Source: Promethearchaeota archaeon | Lineage (GTDB): Archaea > Asgardarchaeota > Lokiarchaeia > Sigyniarchaeales > SOKP01 | Assembly (NCBI GenBank): GCA_048938005.1 | Contig: JBHLMQ010000009.1 | Coordinates: 41,271-105,270, forward strand | DNA length: 64,000 nucleotides | Reading direction: 5' to 3' | Part shown: piece after piece, positions 26,997 through 36,770 of the stretch | Position numbering within the stretch: position 1 is the stretch's first letter | Layout: each line of letters starts with the position of its first letter | Notes under the pieces: model-generated | Told to the model about the DNA's origin: nothing | Database searches by the model: none | What the model saw: the letters and a program-made list of their open reading frames with translations, nothing else | Translations under genes and position numbers: made by a program

Positions 26997-29894
26997 ATGC
27001 TTGATAAGATGTCTTTTAAAGAAATTAAATTCAAAGATTTAACACCAATGATGAAACACTGGTACTCAGTGAAAAAGAAATATCCAGAAAACCTTGTAGC
27101 CTATCGAATGGGTGATTTTTATGAATTTTTCTATGATGATGCAGAAAGAATTTCAAAACTTTTAGGAATAACACTTACCAAACGTAAAATAGGAAATGAT
27201 GCATACCCCTTAGCAGGGATTCCACACCATTCAGGTCATAATTATTTTAATAATCTTATGAATCTTGGTGAGACTTTAGTAATAGTCGATCAGTTAGAAG
27301 ATCCAACGACTGTAAAGGGAAGAATTGTGAAAAGAGGTGTTACACGGATACTTTCACCAGGTACAATCATAGAACCAAATTTGTTAAAATCCAATGAGAA
27401 TAATTATATCGCATCTATGGTAAAAGAGAGGAGTGGGTTTGGCGTTGCTTTCACAGATATCTCCACCGGAGAATTTGTTGCAACTGAATTTTCATTTAAG
27501 GATCAAGACCCACAGGAAAAATTGCTAAGTTTGTTTTCTCAATACGATCCTGTAGAATTAATTATACCTCCGGACTTGAAAAAGGATGAAAGACTTTTTA
27601 TACTCTTAACAGATCTAACAAAAGCAATCATTAAACCTTATGAGGAACATGTTTTTCTATATGATGAGGCTTACACCTTAATTACTCGCCATTTTAAAAT
27701 TTCCAATTTAAAGGGTTTTGGTTTAGAAGATAAACAAATGGCTATTCAGGCAGCTGGTGGCCTGTTAGCTTTTTTAAAAGAGACCCAACGAGATATAATT
27801 CCAAATATTTTTAAAATCAATGTTATACAAGAAAAAAATGTACTACACCTAGACTATATTACACAAAGGAATTTAGAATTAATTAACTCTCTATGGGAAA
27901 GAGGAAAAGATGCTACGTTATATTCTATTTTTAACCACACGTATACACCAATGGGAGCTCGTTTATTAAAGAAGTTTATTCTCCAGCCTTTAACAGATAT
28001 TGAAGAAATCAATCAAAGACTTAATATAGTTCAAAAATTTAAGGATGATATCTTTTTAAGGTCTGATTTAAGGGAGGAGTTGAGAGTTATTGGAGATCTC
28101 GAAAGGTTTATTAACAGGATTAATTATAGTGGTCGTTCTAATGCTCGAGATTTAATAAATATCAAGAATTCTTTAGAAAAATTACCAAAAATCAAAGAAT
28201 TATTAGAAGGAGCAGATATTCCCGAAATTTCTTCATTTGTTAAAAATATTAGCACTTTTAATGAAGTAAAAGATCTAATAAACATTTCAATTAGAGATAA
28301 TCCCCCCACTACCATTAGTGAAGGCAATATTATTAGAGATGGTTATAATGATGAAGTGGATGAACTGAGAGATATTATTCATAATGGAAAAAAATATGTG
28401 TTAGAATATGAACATGAACAGAAAAAAAAATGGAATCTAACGACAGGATTAAAAGTTGGTTATAATAATATACTTGGTTACTATATTGAAATAACCTTAA
28501 AAACTCTTAAAAACATCCGAAATCTTCCTGATGAATATGTTGAAAGAGCAACGCTCAAAAATGCTAAAAGATACACAACTGAAAGATTAAAAGAACTTGA
28601 AGAGAAAATTATAAGTGCAGAAGAAAAAATTAATGATTTAGAATATGAGCTTTTCAATATTATTCGTGAAAAAGTGGAAAAAAGAACTAAAAATATCCTC
28701 GAAACTGCTAAGAATATCGCTATTATTGATGTCCTTGTATGCTTTGCTGAAGTAGCTGAGCAATATAATTACTCTAGACCTATCATAAATAAAGATAATA
28801 AAATTATAATTAAAGCTGGCAGACATCCTGTAGTTGAGCAAATTAATATAGATGAGCAATTCATCCCTAATGATTGTTATTTAGATAATGAAAATGACCA
28901 ATTATTAATTGTTACTGGTCCTAATATGGCAGGTAAAAGCACTTATTTAAGACAAGTTGCTTTAATATGTATTATTGCTCAAATGGGATGTTTTGTTCCT
29001 GCAAAATCTGCCACAATTGGGATAATTGATCAAATTTTCACGCGTATAGGAGCTTCAGATGATCTTGCTAGAAAATTAAGCACATTTATGATAGAAATGA
29101 CTGAAACAGCTAAAATCTTAAACTATGCTACACCAAAAAGTTTTGTAATAATAGATGAATTAGGGAGGGGAACTAGTACAAGCGATGGTCAAAGTATAGC
29201 AATGGCTACTCTTGAAAAACTACATGAATTAAAAATCAAGACCCTATTCAGCACTCATTATCATCAATTAACAGAAATCAATTTGCCTAGAGTAAAAAAT
29301 TATCATTTAGATATTATTGAAAATGATGATGGGAGTATTAATTTTGTGAGAACATTAAAACCTGGAAGTACCGATAAATCTTATGGGATTCATGTTGCTA
29401 AACTAGCAGGAATACCAGACGATGTTATAATAAGAGCTTTTGAAATTCTTGAACAAATAGAAGAAGAAGATCCCTTTAGGACAACAGTTATAAAAAATGG
29501 GAATACAGAATCATCAAAAAAATTTTATGATAAGATAATAAATGGAAAAAAATATGAACTTGATAAATTAAACATAGAATTAAATGCTCTTAAAGAATCA
29601 CTAAGTGAATGTACTGAAGAATTAAGTATAACAGAAAAGGATTTAGAGAGAAAAAAGCGAGAGGCTACAGATATAGAGTCTGAAATTGAAACTAGTAAAG
29701 CTAAGATTTCTCAAAGTAGAGTTCCAAAAAAGAAAAAGTATGTACAAACAATTTTATTTGAACCTATAAGCAAAAAAGAAAGATTTACAGATTTATTAAA
29801 TATCATTAAGGAAATTGATATTAAATCAGATATTCCAGATAAATTAAAAGATCAAATAATTGAACTCAAAAGAGAATTAGAGAAACTTAACTAA
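26997..29894 (+). CDS. mutS: DNA mismatch repair protein MutS (MutS1 type)
   Basis: TPMM..W, GDFYEFF mismatch-binding motif, TGPNMAGKST, STFMIEM, DELGRGT, SYGIHVAKLAG. Confidence 0.96.
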   Translation: MLDKMSFKEIKFKDLTPMMKHWYSVKKKYPENLVAYRMGDFYEFFYDDAERISKLLGITLTKRKIGNDAYPLAGIPHHSGHNYFNNLMNLGETLVIVDQLEDPTTVKGRIVKRGVTRILSPGTIIEPNLLKSNENNYIASMVKERSGFGVAFTDISTGEFVATEFSFKDQDPQEKLLSLFSQYDPVELIIPPDLKKDERLFILLTDLTKAIIKPYEEHVFLYDEAYTLITRHFKISNLKGFGLEDKQMAIQAAGGLLAFLKETQRDIIPNIFKINVIQEKNVLHLDYITQRNLELINSLWERGKDATLYSIFNHTYTPMGARLLKKFILQPLTDIEEINQRLNIVQKFKDDIFLRSDLREELRVIGDLERFINRINYSGRSNARDLINIKNSLEKLPKIKELLEGADIPEISSFVKNISTFNEVKDLINISIRDNPPTTISEGNIIRDGYNDEVDELRDIIHNGKKYVLEYEHEQKKKWNLTTGLKVGYNNILGYYIEITLKTLKNIRNLPDEYVERATLKNAKRYTTERLKELEEKIISAEEKINDLEYELFNIIREKVEKRTKNILETAKNIAIIDVLVCFAEVAEQYNYSRPIINKDNKIIIKAGRHPVVEQINIDEQFIPNDCYLDNENDQLLIVTGPNMAGKSTYLRQVALICIIAQMGCFVPAKSATIGIIDQIFTRIGASDDLARKLSTFMIEMTETAKILNYATPKSFVIIDELGRGTSTSDGQSIAMATLEKLHELKIKTLFSTHYHQLTEINLPRVKNYHLDIIENDDGSINFVRTLKPGSTDKSYGIHVAKLAGIPDDVIIRAFEILEQIEEEDPFRTTVIKNGNTESSKKFYDKIINGKKYELDKLNIELNALKESLSECTEELSITEKDLERKKREATDIESEIETSKAKISQSRVPKKKKYVQTILFEPISKKERFTDLLNIIKEIDIKSDIPDKLKDQIIELKRELEKLN

Positions 29895-30820
29895 CCGAGA
29901 ACTACTGGAATTATAAAAACTATAATCATTAAATAAATATAATATACTGTTATTATTGAGACGAGGATAATCCGATACAAATTTTTATTCTTTTCCTTTT
30001 TAATATTCTCTAAAAATATTATCAATAATAACCCAATGAACGTTAAATGGGATGGTTGTAAAGCTTTCCACAGGATTGAATCAAAAAATAAAATTCCTTT
30101 TATTTCAGCATCACTATGCCACCAATTAGTCACCATTTGAAAGAAGTAATCAGGAAAGACCATATAAGGAATACATATTATAAAAAATGGAACTAGGAAA
30201 TATATTAAATCTTTCCACTTTATTTTTCTAATTATAAGTAAGACTGGAAGAAATAATATTGCAGTTATTTTAAACGTAGCAAGAGTAAATAATATACCAG
30301 CAATCCATTTTTTATCTCTTTCTAAAAATATAAATGAATAAAATAAAAAGAATGAAATTAAAAAATTGACATTATTATAATACGCATCAATACTAAAACC
30401 AATTATACTCAATATATAAAAAATCAGTAAATCCTTTTTGTTCTTAAATACTTTTGGAGATTCCCTAACTACAATAATAGTTAGAATTAATCGTAAAACA
30501 TCCCAGATATAAACTCCTATTATAATATTGTTAGGTATTACATATATTGGAAAAAATATGAAATACCAAAAATAAAGATAATAAGGCGGCCAATCTGAAA
30601 TCGCAATATCGTCATAGAAATTAATCAAACCATTATTCATACCTTCTATAAGAATTTTAAAATCAATATCCTTCGTTTGTTTAACCCACTCAGAGATGGT
30701 AAAGAAATATAAAAAAATTCTCAAAATGATGAGAGTAATAGTGATAATTGTAAAAAAATAAATAAAATACAAATGAAGTAAGGATTTTTCCCCATTGTCC
30801 ATAGTAATTTGATTACTCAT
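29891..30820 (-). CDS. Polytopic membrane protein, probable GT-C (GT87-like) glycosyltransferase
   Basis: About 8-9 hydrophobic segments, DF...Y..WPPY loop, GILFTLATFK motif. Confidence 0.6.
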   Translation of the reverse strand: MSNQITMDNGEKSLLHLYFIYFFTIITITLIILRIFLYFFTISEWVKQTKDIDFKILIEGMNNGLINFYDDIAISDWPPYYLYFWYFIFFPIYVIPNNIIIGVYIWDVLRLILTIIVVRESPKVFKNKKDLLIFYILSIIGFSIDAYYNNVNFLISFFLFYSFIFLERDKKWIAGILFTLATFKITAILFLPVLLIIRKIKWKDLIYFLVPFFIICIPYMVFPDYFFQMVTNWWHSDAEIKGILFFDSILWKALQPSHLTFIGLLLIIFLENIKKEKNKNLYRIILVSIITVYYIYLMIIVFIIPVVLG

Positions 30821-31057
30821 AATTTAGCTTCAATCTAATTATTATAGAGTATTAAGAGAAATTTAAAAGACTTACTTTCAGTTTAATTATAAATTAAAAA
30901 TCATTATTAGTACATAAAGAATTAAAAACTCTCCTAGATCCAAATTTATTTAAACTTTAATAGTGTACTATTTTAAATTTGATTGTAATGAGAAATATAT
31001 TAACCTTATAACATTATCTTATCATTGGAAAAAATTTGAAAAGATTTTAAAAATATT

Positions 31058-32911
31058 GTGAAAGTTAGTAAAATTAAAAAAATAATAGATGCTGATAAAA
31101 TTGCTGCTGGTGAAGTTGTTGATAGGCCAGCAAATGTTGTAAAAGAGCTTATTGAGAATGGTATCGATGCACAAGCATCAGAAATAAGAATCCTTGTTAA
31201 AAAAGCTGGAAAATTCTTAATTCAAGTAATTGATAATGGTATCGGTATCCCATCTGAAGATATTGAATTGGCTTTTCAGAGACATACGAGTAGTAAAATT
31301 AGAACTATTGAAGATTTAGAAACACTTTCTACTTTAGGCTTTAGAGGAGAAGCACTTGCAAGTATAGCAGCTGTAAGTAAAGTTGAAATAATTTCTCGAG
31401 TAGAGTATAAAGAGAAAGGAGTGTATTTACATATCGAAGGGGGAAAAGTCATAGATAAAAAAGAAATTACTTGCCCTGTTGGAACAAATATTAAAGTACA
31501 AAATTTATTCTACAACCTCCCTGCTCGGCAAAAATTTCTGAAAAAAGATGCTACAGAATTAGGTCACATCACAGATATTGTACAGAGATATTCTTTGGCA
31601 TACCCAGAACTCCATTTCATTTATCGTCATAATACATTAGATATACTTAATTGTCCTGCATCAAATGATTTAAAAACAACAGTATTTCATATTTATGGAA
31701 AACAAATTGCAAAATATATGGAACCTTTTGAGTATATCGAAAAAGAGATTAAATTCCAGATAAGTGGACTATTAGGACATCCTCAAATAGCTAAAAAAAC
31801 CAGATCTTATTCAAGCTTGTTTATTAACAGGCGTTATATAGTTAGTGATGTGTTATTTAGGGCAATTAGTGAAGCATATGAAGGAATTTTAATGGTAAGT
31901 AAATATCCTTTTTTTATTATATTCCTTGAGCTTGATCCGTCTGTTATTGATTTCAATGTTCATCCAAAGAAACTTCATGTGAGATTCGAAAGAGAGGATT
32001 TTATTTATAATAAAGTATACAATATCATTCAGAGTTATGTTGAAGATAAATTTATAGTCAAGGAGGCAAAATATATATCTACAGAATTAGAGGATTTTAT
32101 ACCTTCTGAAAAGAAAGAAATTTCCGCAATTAGAAAAATCTACGAGAATCAGATTAACTATAAGGAATCATCTTTAGAAGAACTTGTAAAACCAGAACAA
32201 AGTGTACAATTAAGCTTGAAAGATCAGATAATTGAAGATAAAGTATATAAAAAAATAACATCTGAAGCATTTTTACGAGAAAAATATATAATTTCTAAGA
32301 ACTTTCCAAAACTACGTTTAATTTCTCATACGGGTCAATTAAGTAATAAAATATATGTTGTTTTAGAGGGTATTAACGAAAATAATGAAGATGGATTATT
32401 TATTTTAGATCAACATGCAGCTTCAGAACGGATAAACAAGGAGAAATTCTTAGAAGCATATAAAACTTCTAAAATGATTAAACAAAAACTAATCTCTCCA
32501 TTAAAAATTGAAGTATCTCCAAGTGAGAAAATATTTTTAGAGGCTAATTTATATGAAATTAAAAAGTTGGGATTTAATTTTGAACATTTTGGTGGACAAA
32601 CATTTATTTTAAGAGAAATTCCTACTATTATGGGAAGAGTTCCAGATCTCAATATAATAAAAGAAATTATTAGTGATATAACCAAGATTGGTAAGGATAA
32701 AAGTTTTTCAGAGGTCACAGAAGAAATAATCAATTATTTATCATGTCATAAAAGTATTAGAGGAGGCGATGATCTCTCTTTAAAAGATGTTAGAGATCTA
32801 TTAATTGAATTATCAAAATGTAAAGATTCTTATCACTGTGCTCATGGAAGACCCACTTTAAGATTTTTTTCTTATAAAGAATTAGATAAATTATTTAAAA
32901 GAATTGTTTGA
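31058..32911 (+). CDS. mutL: DNA mismatch repair protein MutL (endonuclease-motif type)
   Basis: IAAGEVVDRPANVVKELIEN, TLGFRGEALASI, DFNVHPKK, DQHAASERI, CAHGRP. Confidence 0.96.
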   Translation: MKVSKIKKIIDADKIAAGEVVDRPANVVKELIENGIDAQASEIRILVKKAGKFLIQVIDNGIGIPSEDIELAFQRHTSSKIRTIEDLETLSTLGFRGEALASIAAVSKVEIISRVEYKEKGVYLHIEGGKVIDKKEITCPVGTNIKVQNLFYNLPARQKFLKKDATELGHITDIVQRYSLAYPELHFIYRHNTLDILNCPASNDLKTTVFHIYGKQIAKYMEPFEYIEKEIKFQISGLLGHPQIAKKTRSYSSLFINRRYIVSDVLFRAISEAYEGILMVSKYPFFIIFLELDPSVIDFNVHPKKLHVRFEREDFIYNKVYNIIQSYVEDKFIVKEAKYISTELEDFIPSEKKEISAIRKIYENQINYKESSLEELVKPEQSVQLSLKDQIIEDKVYKKITSEAFLREKYIISKNFPKLRLISHTGQLSNKIYVVLEGINENNEDGLFILDQHAASERINKEKFLEAYKTSKMIKQKLISPLKIEVSPSEKIFLEANLYEIKKLGFNFEHFGGQTFILREIPTIMGRVPDLNIIKEIISDITKIGKDKSFSEVTEEIINYLSCHKSIRGGDDLSLKDVRDLLIELSKCKDSYHCAHGRPTLRFFSYKELDKLFKRIV

Positions 32912-32973
32912 AAGGTTAAAAATTTATAAAAAGAAGATAATTTTTCTTTAAAGTAGGAATTAGTTATTCCTCT

Positions 32974-33240
32974 TTATGCTTTTGAAAAAGCTATGGCCTC
33001 AATACCCTGTATCCCTTCAACTTGCCTAAGTAATTCTTCAAGTTTATCTGTCCCTCCCCATTCTTCTGGATATCTTACTCGAACTCTCACTTTTTTCAAA
33101 CCAAATGCAACAGGTAATATATCATATTGTTCAATAGTACAAATTTCAGGCAGAACAATTTTTAATTTATCAACAAATTCCTCAAAATTTATATCAATTT
33201 CCTCTGGAACAACATCAATTAACGCAATAAATTCTCCCAT
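32974..33240 (-). CDS. ef1b: Archaeal elongation factor 1-beta
   Basis: PVAFGLKK, GGTDKLEE; 88 aa; typical adjacency to a Zn-finger gene. Confidence 0.9.
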   Translation of the reverse strand: MGEFIALIDVVPEEIDINFEEFVDKLKIVLPEICTIEQYDILPVAFGLKKVRVRVRYPEEWGGTDKLEELLRQVEGIQGIEAIAFSKA

Positions 33241-33330
33241 TTCATATCAATTCTTTTTATTTTTTCAATAATGCCAAAAAATCAAATATAATTAACTCAT
33301 TCAAAGTATAAAGCTTAAAATCTTTTCCTT

Positions 33331-33507
33331 TTAAGGGCCTTCAAAATCACACTTTAGGCATCTATAAGATTTGCCCATTTCCCGACATCGTTCACACCTC
33401 CAGATAGTTACATCCCCACAGGCAGGACAAGGGAAATGAACTGCCGCTTCAAAAGGTGCTATAGGCTTCTGGCACCCAAAGCAAAAATTCCTTTTATAAG
33501 TACTCAT
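33331..33507 (-). CDS. Small archaeal double Zn-ribbon protein (HVO_2753/DUF1610-like); absent from the supplied ORF track
   Basis: Manual translation MSTYKRNFCFGCQKPIAPFEAAVHFPCPACGDVTIWRCERCREMGKSYRCLKCDFEGP*, with four CxxC and a terminal FEGP; this family is typically upstream of EF-1beta. Confidence 0.9.
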   Translation of the reverse strand: MSTYKRNFCFGCQKPIAPFEAAVHFPCPACGDVTIWRCERCREMGKSYRCLKCDFEGP

Positions 33508-33750
33508 AGATTAAAAGATGTTACTCTAATAGAACTTAGATTTTAAAATATATGATGACTTTAATTATTTTTGGTTTTCAAAATTGAATCTAATAGAAAT
33601 ATATTAATCTATTTTCAATTATTAAAAATTTGATTTAAATTGATTTAATCATTTTTTAAGAAACAGTGAATTAAATTTTAAATTTATAAACACCTTAATT
33701 TGCATATAAAATATCTAATAAATTTAAATTCATGTTTAAAGAGAACTTAA

Positions 33751-34281
33751 ATGCCAGAAAATAAAGTGAAGAAATACTTCTCATTAATAGAGGCATGGGC
33801 TTGGTGTGATATCTGCGAAGATATGGTAGCTTTAAATATAGACAAAAAGGAAATCATAAACGGGCTAAAAATGGGGATTTATACTAAAGAATATAAGCAT
33901 TCTAACCAATTGCCTGATCTAGACGATCCAGATGATTTATCTGGAAAAGAACATACAATTTATGTATACATAAATGATAATTTTGATGTTACTGGTGTAA
34001 AGAGTTTCTTTGGCGCCTCTCCAAGTACAGAAGAAATTGGTGCAGAAGTAACACAAGAAGGTGGAGAAGTTAGGATACCTATAGTAGTAAAGGAGATTCC
34101 ACCAATGGCAGTGCAATTAGGAATGCTTAATAAGGAACAGTTTAAAGTGTTAAAGATTTGCGACGGAATGAATACACTTGAACAAGTCGCTGCAATAGCA
34201 CAGAAAAGCGTAGAAGAAATAGAAGATATGATGAGTGACTTGAGAAATAAAGGATTGGTTAAAGTTATTAGAAGAACTTAA
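33751..34281 (+). CDS. Hypothetical protein: N-terminal CxxC/His domain plus C-terminal winged-helix
   Basis: WCDIC...H...H; C-terminal VLKICDGMNTLEQVA...M.DL.NKGLV HTH pattern. Confidence 0.65.
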   Translation: MPENKVKKYFSLIEAWAWCDICEDMVALNIDKKEIINGLKMGIYTKEYKHSNQLPDLDDPDDLSGKEHTIYVYINDNFDVTGVKSFFGASPSTEEIGAEVTQEGGEVRIPIVVKEIPPMAVQLGMLNKEQFKVLKICDGMNTLEQVAAIAQKSVEEIEDMMSDLRNKGLVKVIRRT

Positions 34282-34317
34282 TAAAAAGATATAGAACGCA
34301 AATATTTAATTAGCAAT

Positions 34318-34857
34318 TTATCCATTACTTTCCATCATTTTTTTTGCTATAAATTCGAAAATCTGTTCTACATTTACACCAGTTTTGGAAGAACATTCGA
34401 TATATCCTTGTAAATTATAGGAATTCGATAACTCTATAGCTTCTTCAGTTTCAACTGATCTTTTATCCTCCAGATCCGATTTTCCCCCGACCATTACAAT
34501 TGGTATTTTTTCTTCTGATTCGGAGACAAAATATTCAAAAATTGATAACCAATCTTGAATATCTTTTATCGTTGAATATCTTGTTATATCAAACATGAAA
34601 ATGCCCCCATCTGCGCCTTTGGCAAAACTAGGTAAAAGTACTCTAAAACGTTCTTCACCCGCAAAATCCCATATTCGAAGAGTCACCATTTTACCATCGA
34701 TTTCAACATTCTTAATGCTGAAATCAGCGCCTATTGTCATCTTAATATCTTCTTCGAATATTTTTGTTACAAATCTTCTTATCAATGTTGTTTTTCCGAC
34801 TCCTCCTGCTCCAAAAATACATAGTTTAAAAGCTAGTTTTTGTTCGATATTCAACAC
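34318..34857 (-). CDS. Rab-like small GTPase
   Basis: G1 GAGGVGKT, G2 TIGADF, G3 WDFAGEE, G4 GGKSD, G5 ECSSK; no CAAX tail. Confidence 0.93.
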   Translation of the reverse strand: MLNIEQKLAFKLCIFGAGGVGKTTLIRRFVTKIFEEDIKMTIGADFSIKNVEIDGKMVTLRIWDFAGEERFRVLLPSFAKGADGGIFMFDITRYSTIKDIQDWLSIFEYFVSESEEKIPIVMVGGKSDLEDKRSVETEEAIELSNSYNLQGYIECSSKTGVNVEQIFEFIAKKMMESNG

Positions 34858-35117
34858 CTTGCTCGAGATCTAAAAATTTTTCTTTTTCTAGATTATCTGA
34901 TTTAATCTTTAAAAGTATTTTTTTATCTAAAGTAATTTAAGTTTTATTATTTATGTTATTTATTTTTTATGCTCATTCCCGCCATATTGTTAATTTTACC
35001 GGTTTTTGATACTGAATAATAAAGCTAAATCCTAATAAAAAAGTATTGATATGTTTTAACTTTGAGTTAATAAATTAGTTTATCAATGCATAATACATAA
35101 AAAATAATAATTTAGAC

Positions 35118-35537
35118 TTACTTAATAATATCTGTTATAAAACAGGTCTCAATTATCTTAATTCCGGTAATTTGAGATATTTTATCCTCGATTAATGGAT
35201 TGAATTTATCGATCGATTCAATATCAACTTTCAAAAGTAAACCACAATCTCCTGATAGCCGCCATATGTTAGAAATTTCATCAATTTTCATTAATTCTTT
35301 CAAAATTCGTTTAATATCTTTAAAATCAGGCTCAATTTTTATGGTTGCGTAGATTTTCTGTTTTGAATCGATATCATAATCGATTGTAAATTTTTTTATT
35401 ATTCCCTCTTCCAGTAATTTTTTCACACGCCTTCTTACGGTTGCTTCTGTTTTCTTTACATTTTCAGATATATCATTGAATGACATTCTGCTATTTTCTT
35501 TAAGGAGTTCCAATATTTTAAGATCTACAATATCCAT
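35118..35537 (-). CDS. Lrp/AsnC family transcriptional regulator
   Basis: D..DLKIL..L..NSR.SF..I...V...EATVRRRV..L...GII, C-terminal RAM domain with SGD. Confidence 0.93.
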   Translation of the reverse strand: MDIVDLKILELLKENSRMSFNDISENVKKTEATVRRRVKKLLEEGIIKKFTIDYDIDSKQKIYATIKIEPDFKDIKRILKELMKIDEISNIWRLSGDCGLLLKVDIESIDKFNPLIEDKISQITGIKIIETCFITDIIK

Positions 35538-35677
35538 TCTATTTAAATTTTGAAAGATTTGATATATCTAATTTTAAAATTTTTTTACTTTCACTATTAA
35601 AATATGATAATTCGTTTATTAATTCATTCCTAATAATTGAGTGAGGATTTAATCCATAATCTCTATATAATTAATTT

Positions 35678-35968
35678 TTAACTTGCTTCTAAATGTTTTT
35701 TGAGATCAATAAGAAGCGTTTTCTCTTTTCTATCTTTATGTTTAATTACAACTTTTAAGAGATTTCCCTCAATTGAGCTATCAATAAGTTTAATTTCTCC
35801 TAGTTTTTCTAGATCAGGTTCTAATTTTTCTCCAACTTTAGTTTTGGATTTTAAACATGTTCTGTATTCATCATATAAATAGCAGTGTTCACAACAAAAA
35901 CCTATGGGCATATAACCTACAATAGAACACTTCTCAAAAAAGTCGCAATTACAATTCTGACACATCAT
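35678..35968 (-). CDS. Small Cys-rich hypothetical protein
   Basis: N-terminal CQNCNC...C...CCEHC...C (8 Cys), followed by a charged/beta tail. Confidence 0.65.
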   Translation of the reverse strand: MMCQNCNCDFFEKCSIVGYMPIGFCCEHCYLYDEYRTCLKSKTKVGEKLEPDLEKLGEIKLIDSSIEGNLLKVVIKHKDRKEKTLLIDLKKHLEAS

Positions 35969-36266
35969 TATACTATTAGAATTTTTTGTATTTAAACATA
36001 ATTATTAATTTTGAACATATGGCGATCTTTATTAATAGATTTGATCAAATTCGGCAATTTTTATTGATCGTTTATCGTAAATTCATGTTAAATAATCTAA
36101 ATATTTCAAAGGAGTAAAATTTTTACAAAATTTACAATTTAGAAACAGTTTTGAATAAAATATAACTTCTTTCTGAATTTTTGTTATTCATTTATTCTAA
36201 AAAATTTATTAAATCTGTTTTAATTTTTCTAACCATCGAAAAAGATGGATAAATATACTTTTAGAC

Positions 36267-36767
36267 ATGTCTGTAATAAATTTTGAGTTTCGAAATGAAG
36301 TTCTTAAACATAATGCTTCTCTAACCTACTGTTATCAATGTAGTACTTGTAGCGGAGGATGTCCAGTTGCATTAATTACTAATGGAAAATATAACCCGAG
36401 GAAAATTATTGAAGAAGCAATACTGGGACTTCAAGATAAATTGTTAGAAAGACAAGAACCTGATCCATGGTTATGCTCAACGTGCCAAACCTGTGTTGAA
36501 TTGTGCCCTCAAAAAGTAGAGCTCACAGAAATTTTCACCTTAATTAAGAATTTATGTTTTGAAGCTGGAAAAAAAGTACCAGATGCTTTTATAGCTCAAG
36601 GACAAGCGGTTTTAGACCACGGAGTCGCAATCCCTTTTTCAAGAGCTATATTAACACGCAGAGAAAAATTGGGTCTTCCTACAATCAAAACAGCTCCAGT
36701 TGACGAAATCAAAACAATTTTAAAAGAAACTGATTTTGAAAAACACATATCAAAGGGGGTTGAGTAA
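36267..36767 (+). CDS. hdrC: Heterodisulfide reductase subunit C
   Basis: CYQCSTCSGGCP, NPRKII, WLCSTCQTCVELCP. Confidence 0.92.
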   Translation: MSVINFEFRNEVLKHNASLTYCYQCSTCSGGCPVALITNGKYNPRKIIEEAILGLQDKLLERQEPDPWLCSTCQTCVELCPQKVELTEIFTLIKNLCFEAGKKVPDAFIAQGQAVLDHGVAIPFSRAILTRREKLGLPTIKTAPVDEIKTILKETDFEKHISKGVE

Positions 36768-36770
36768 AAA

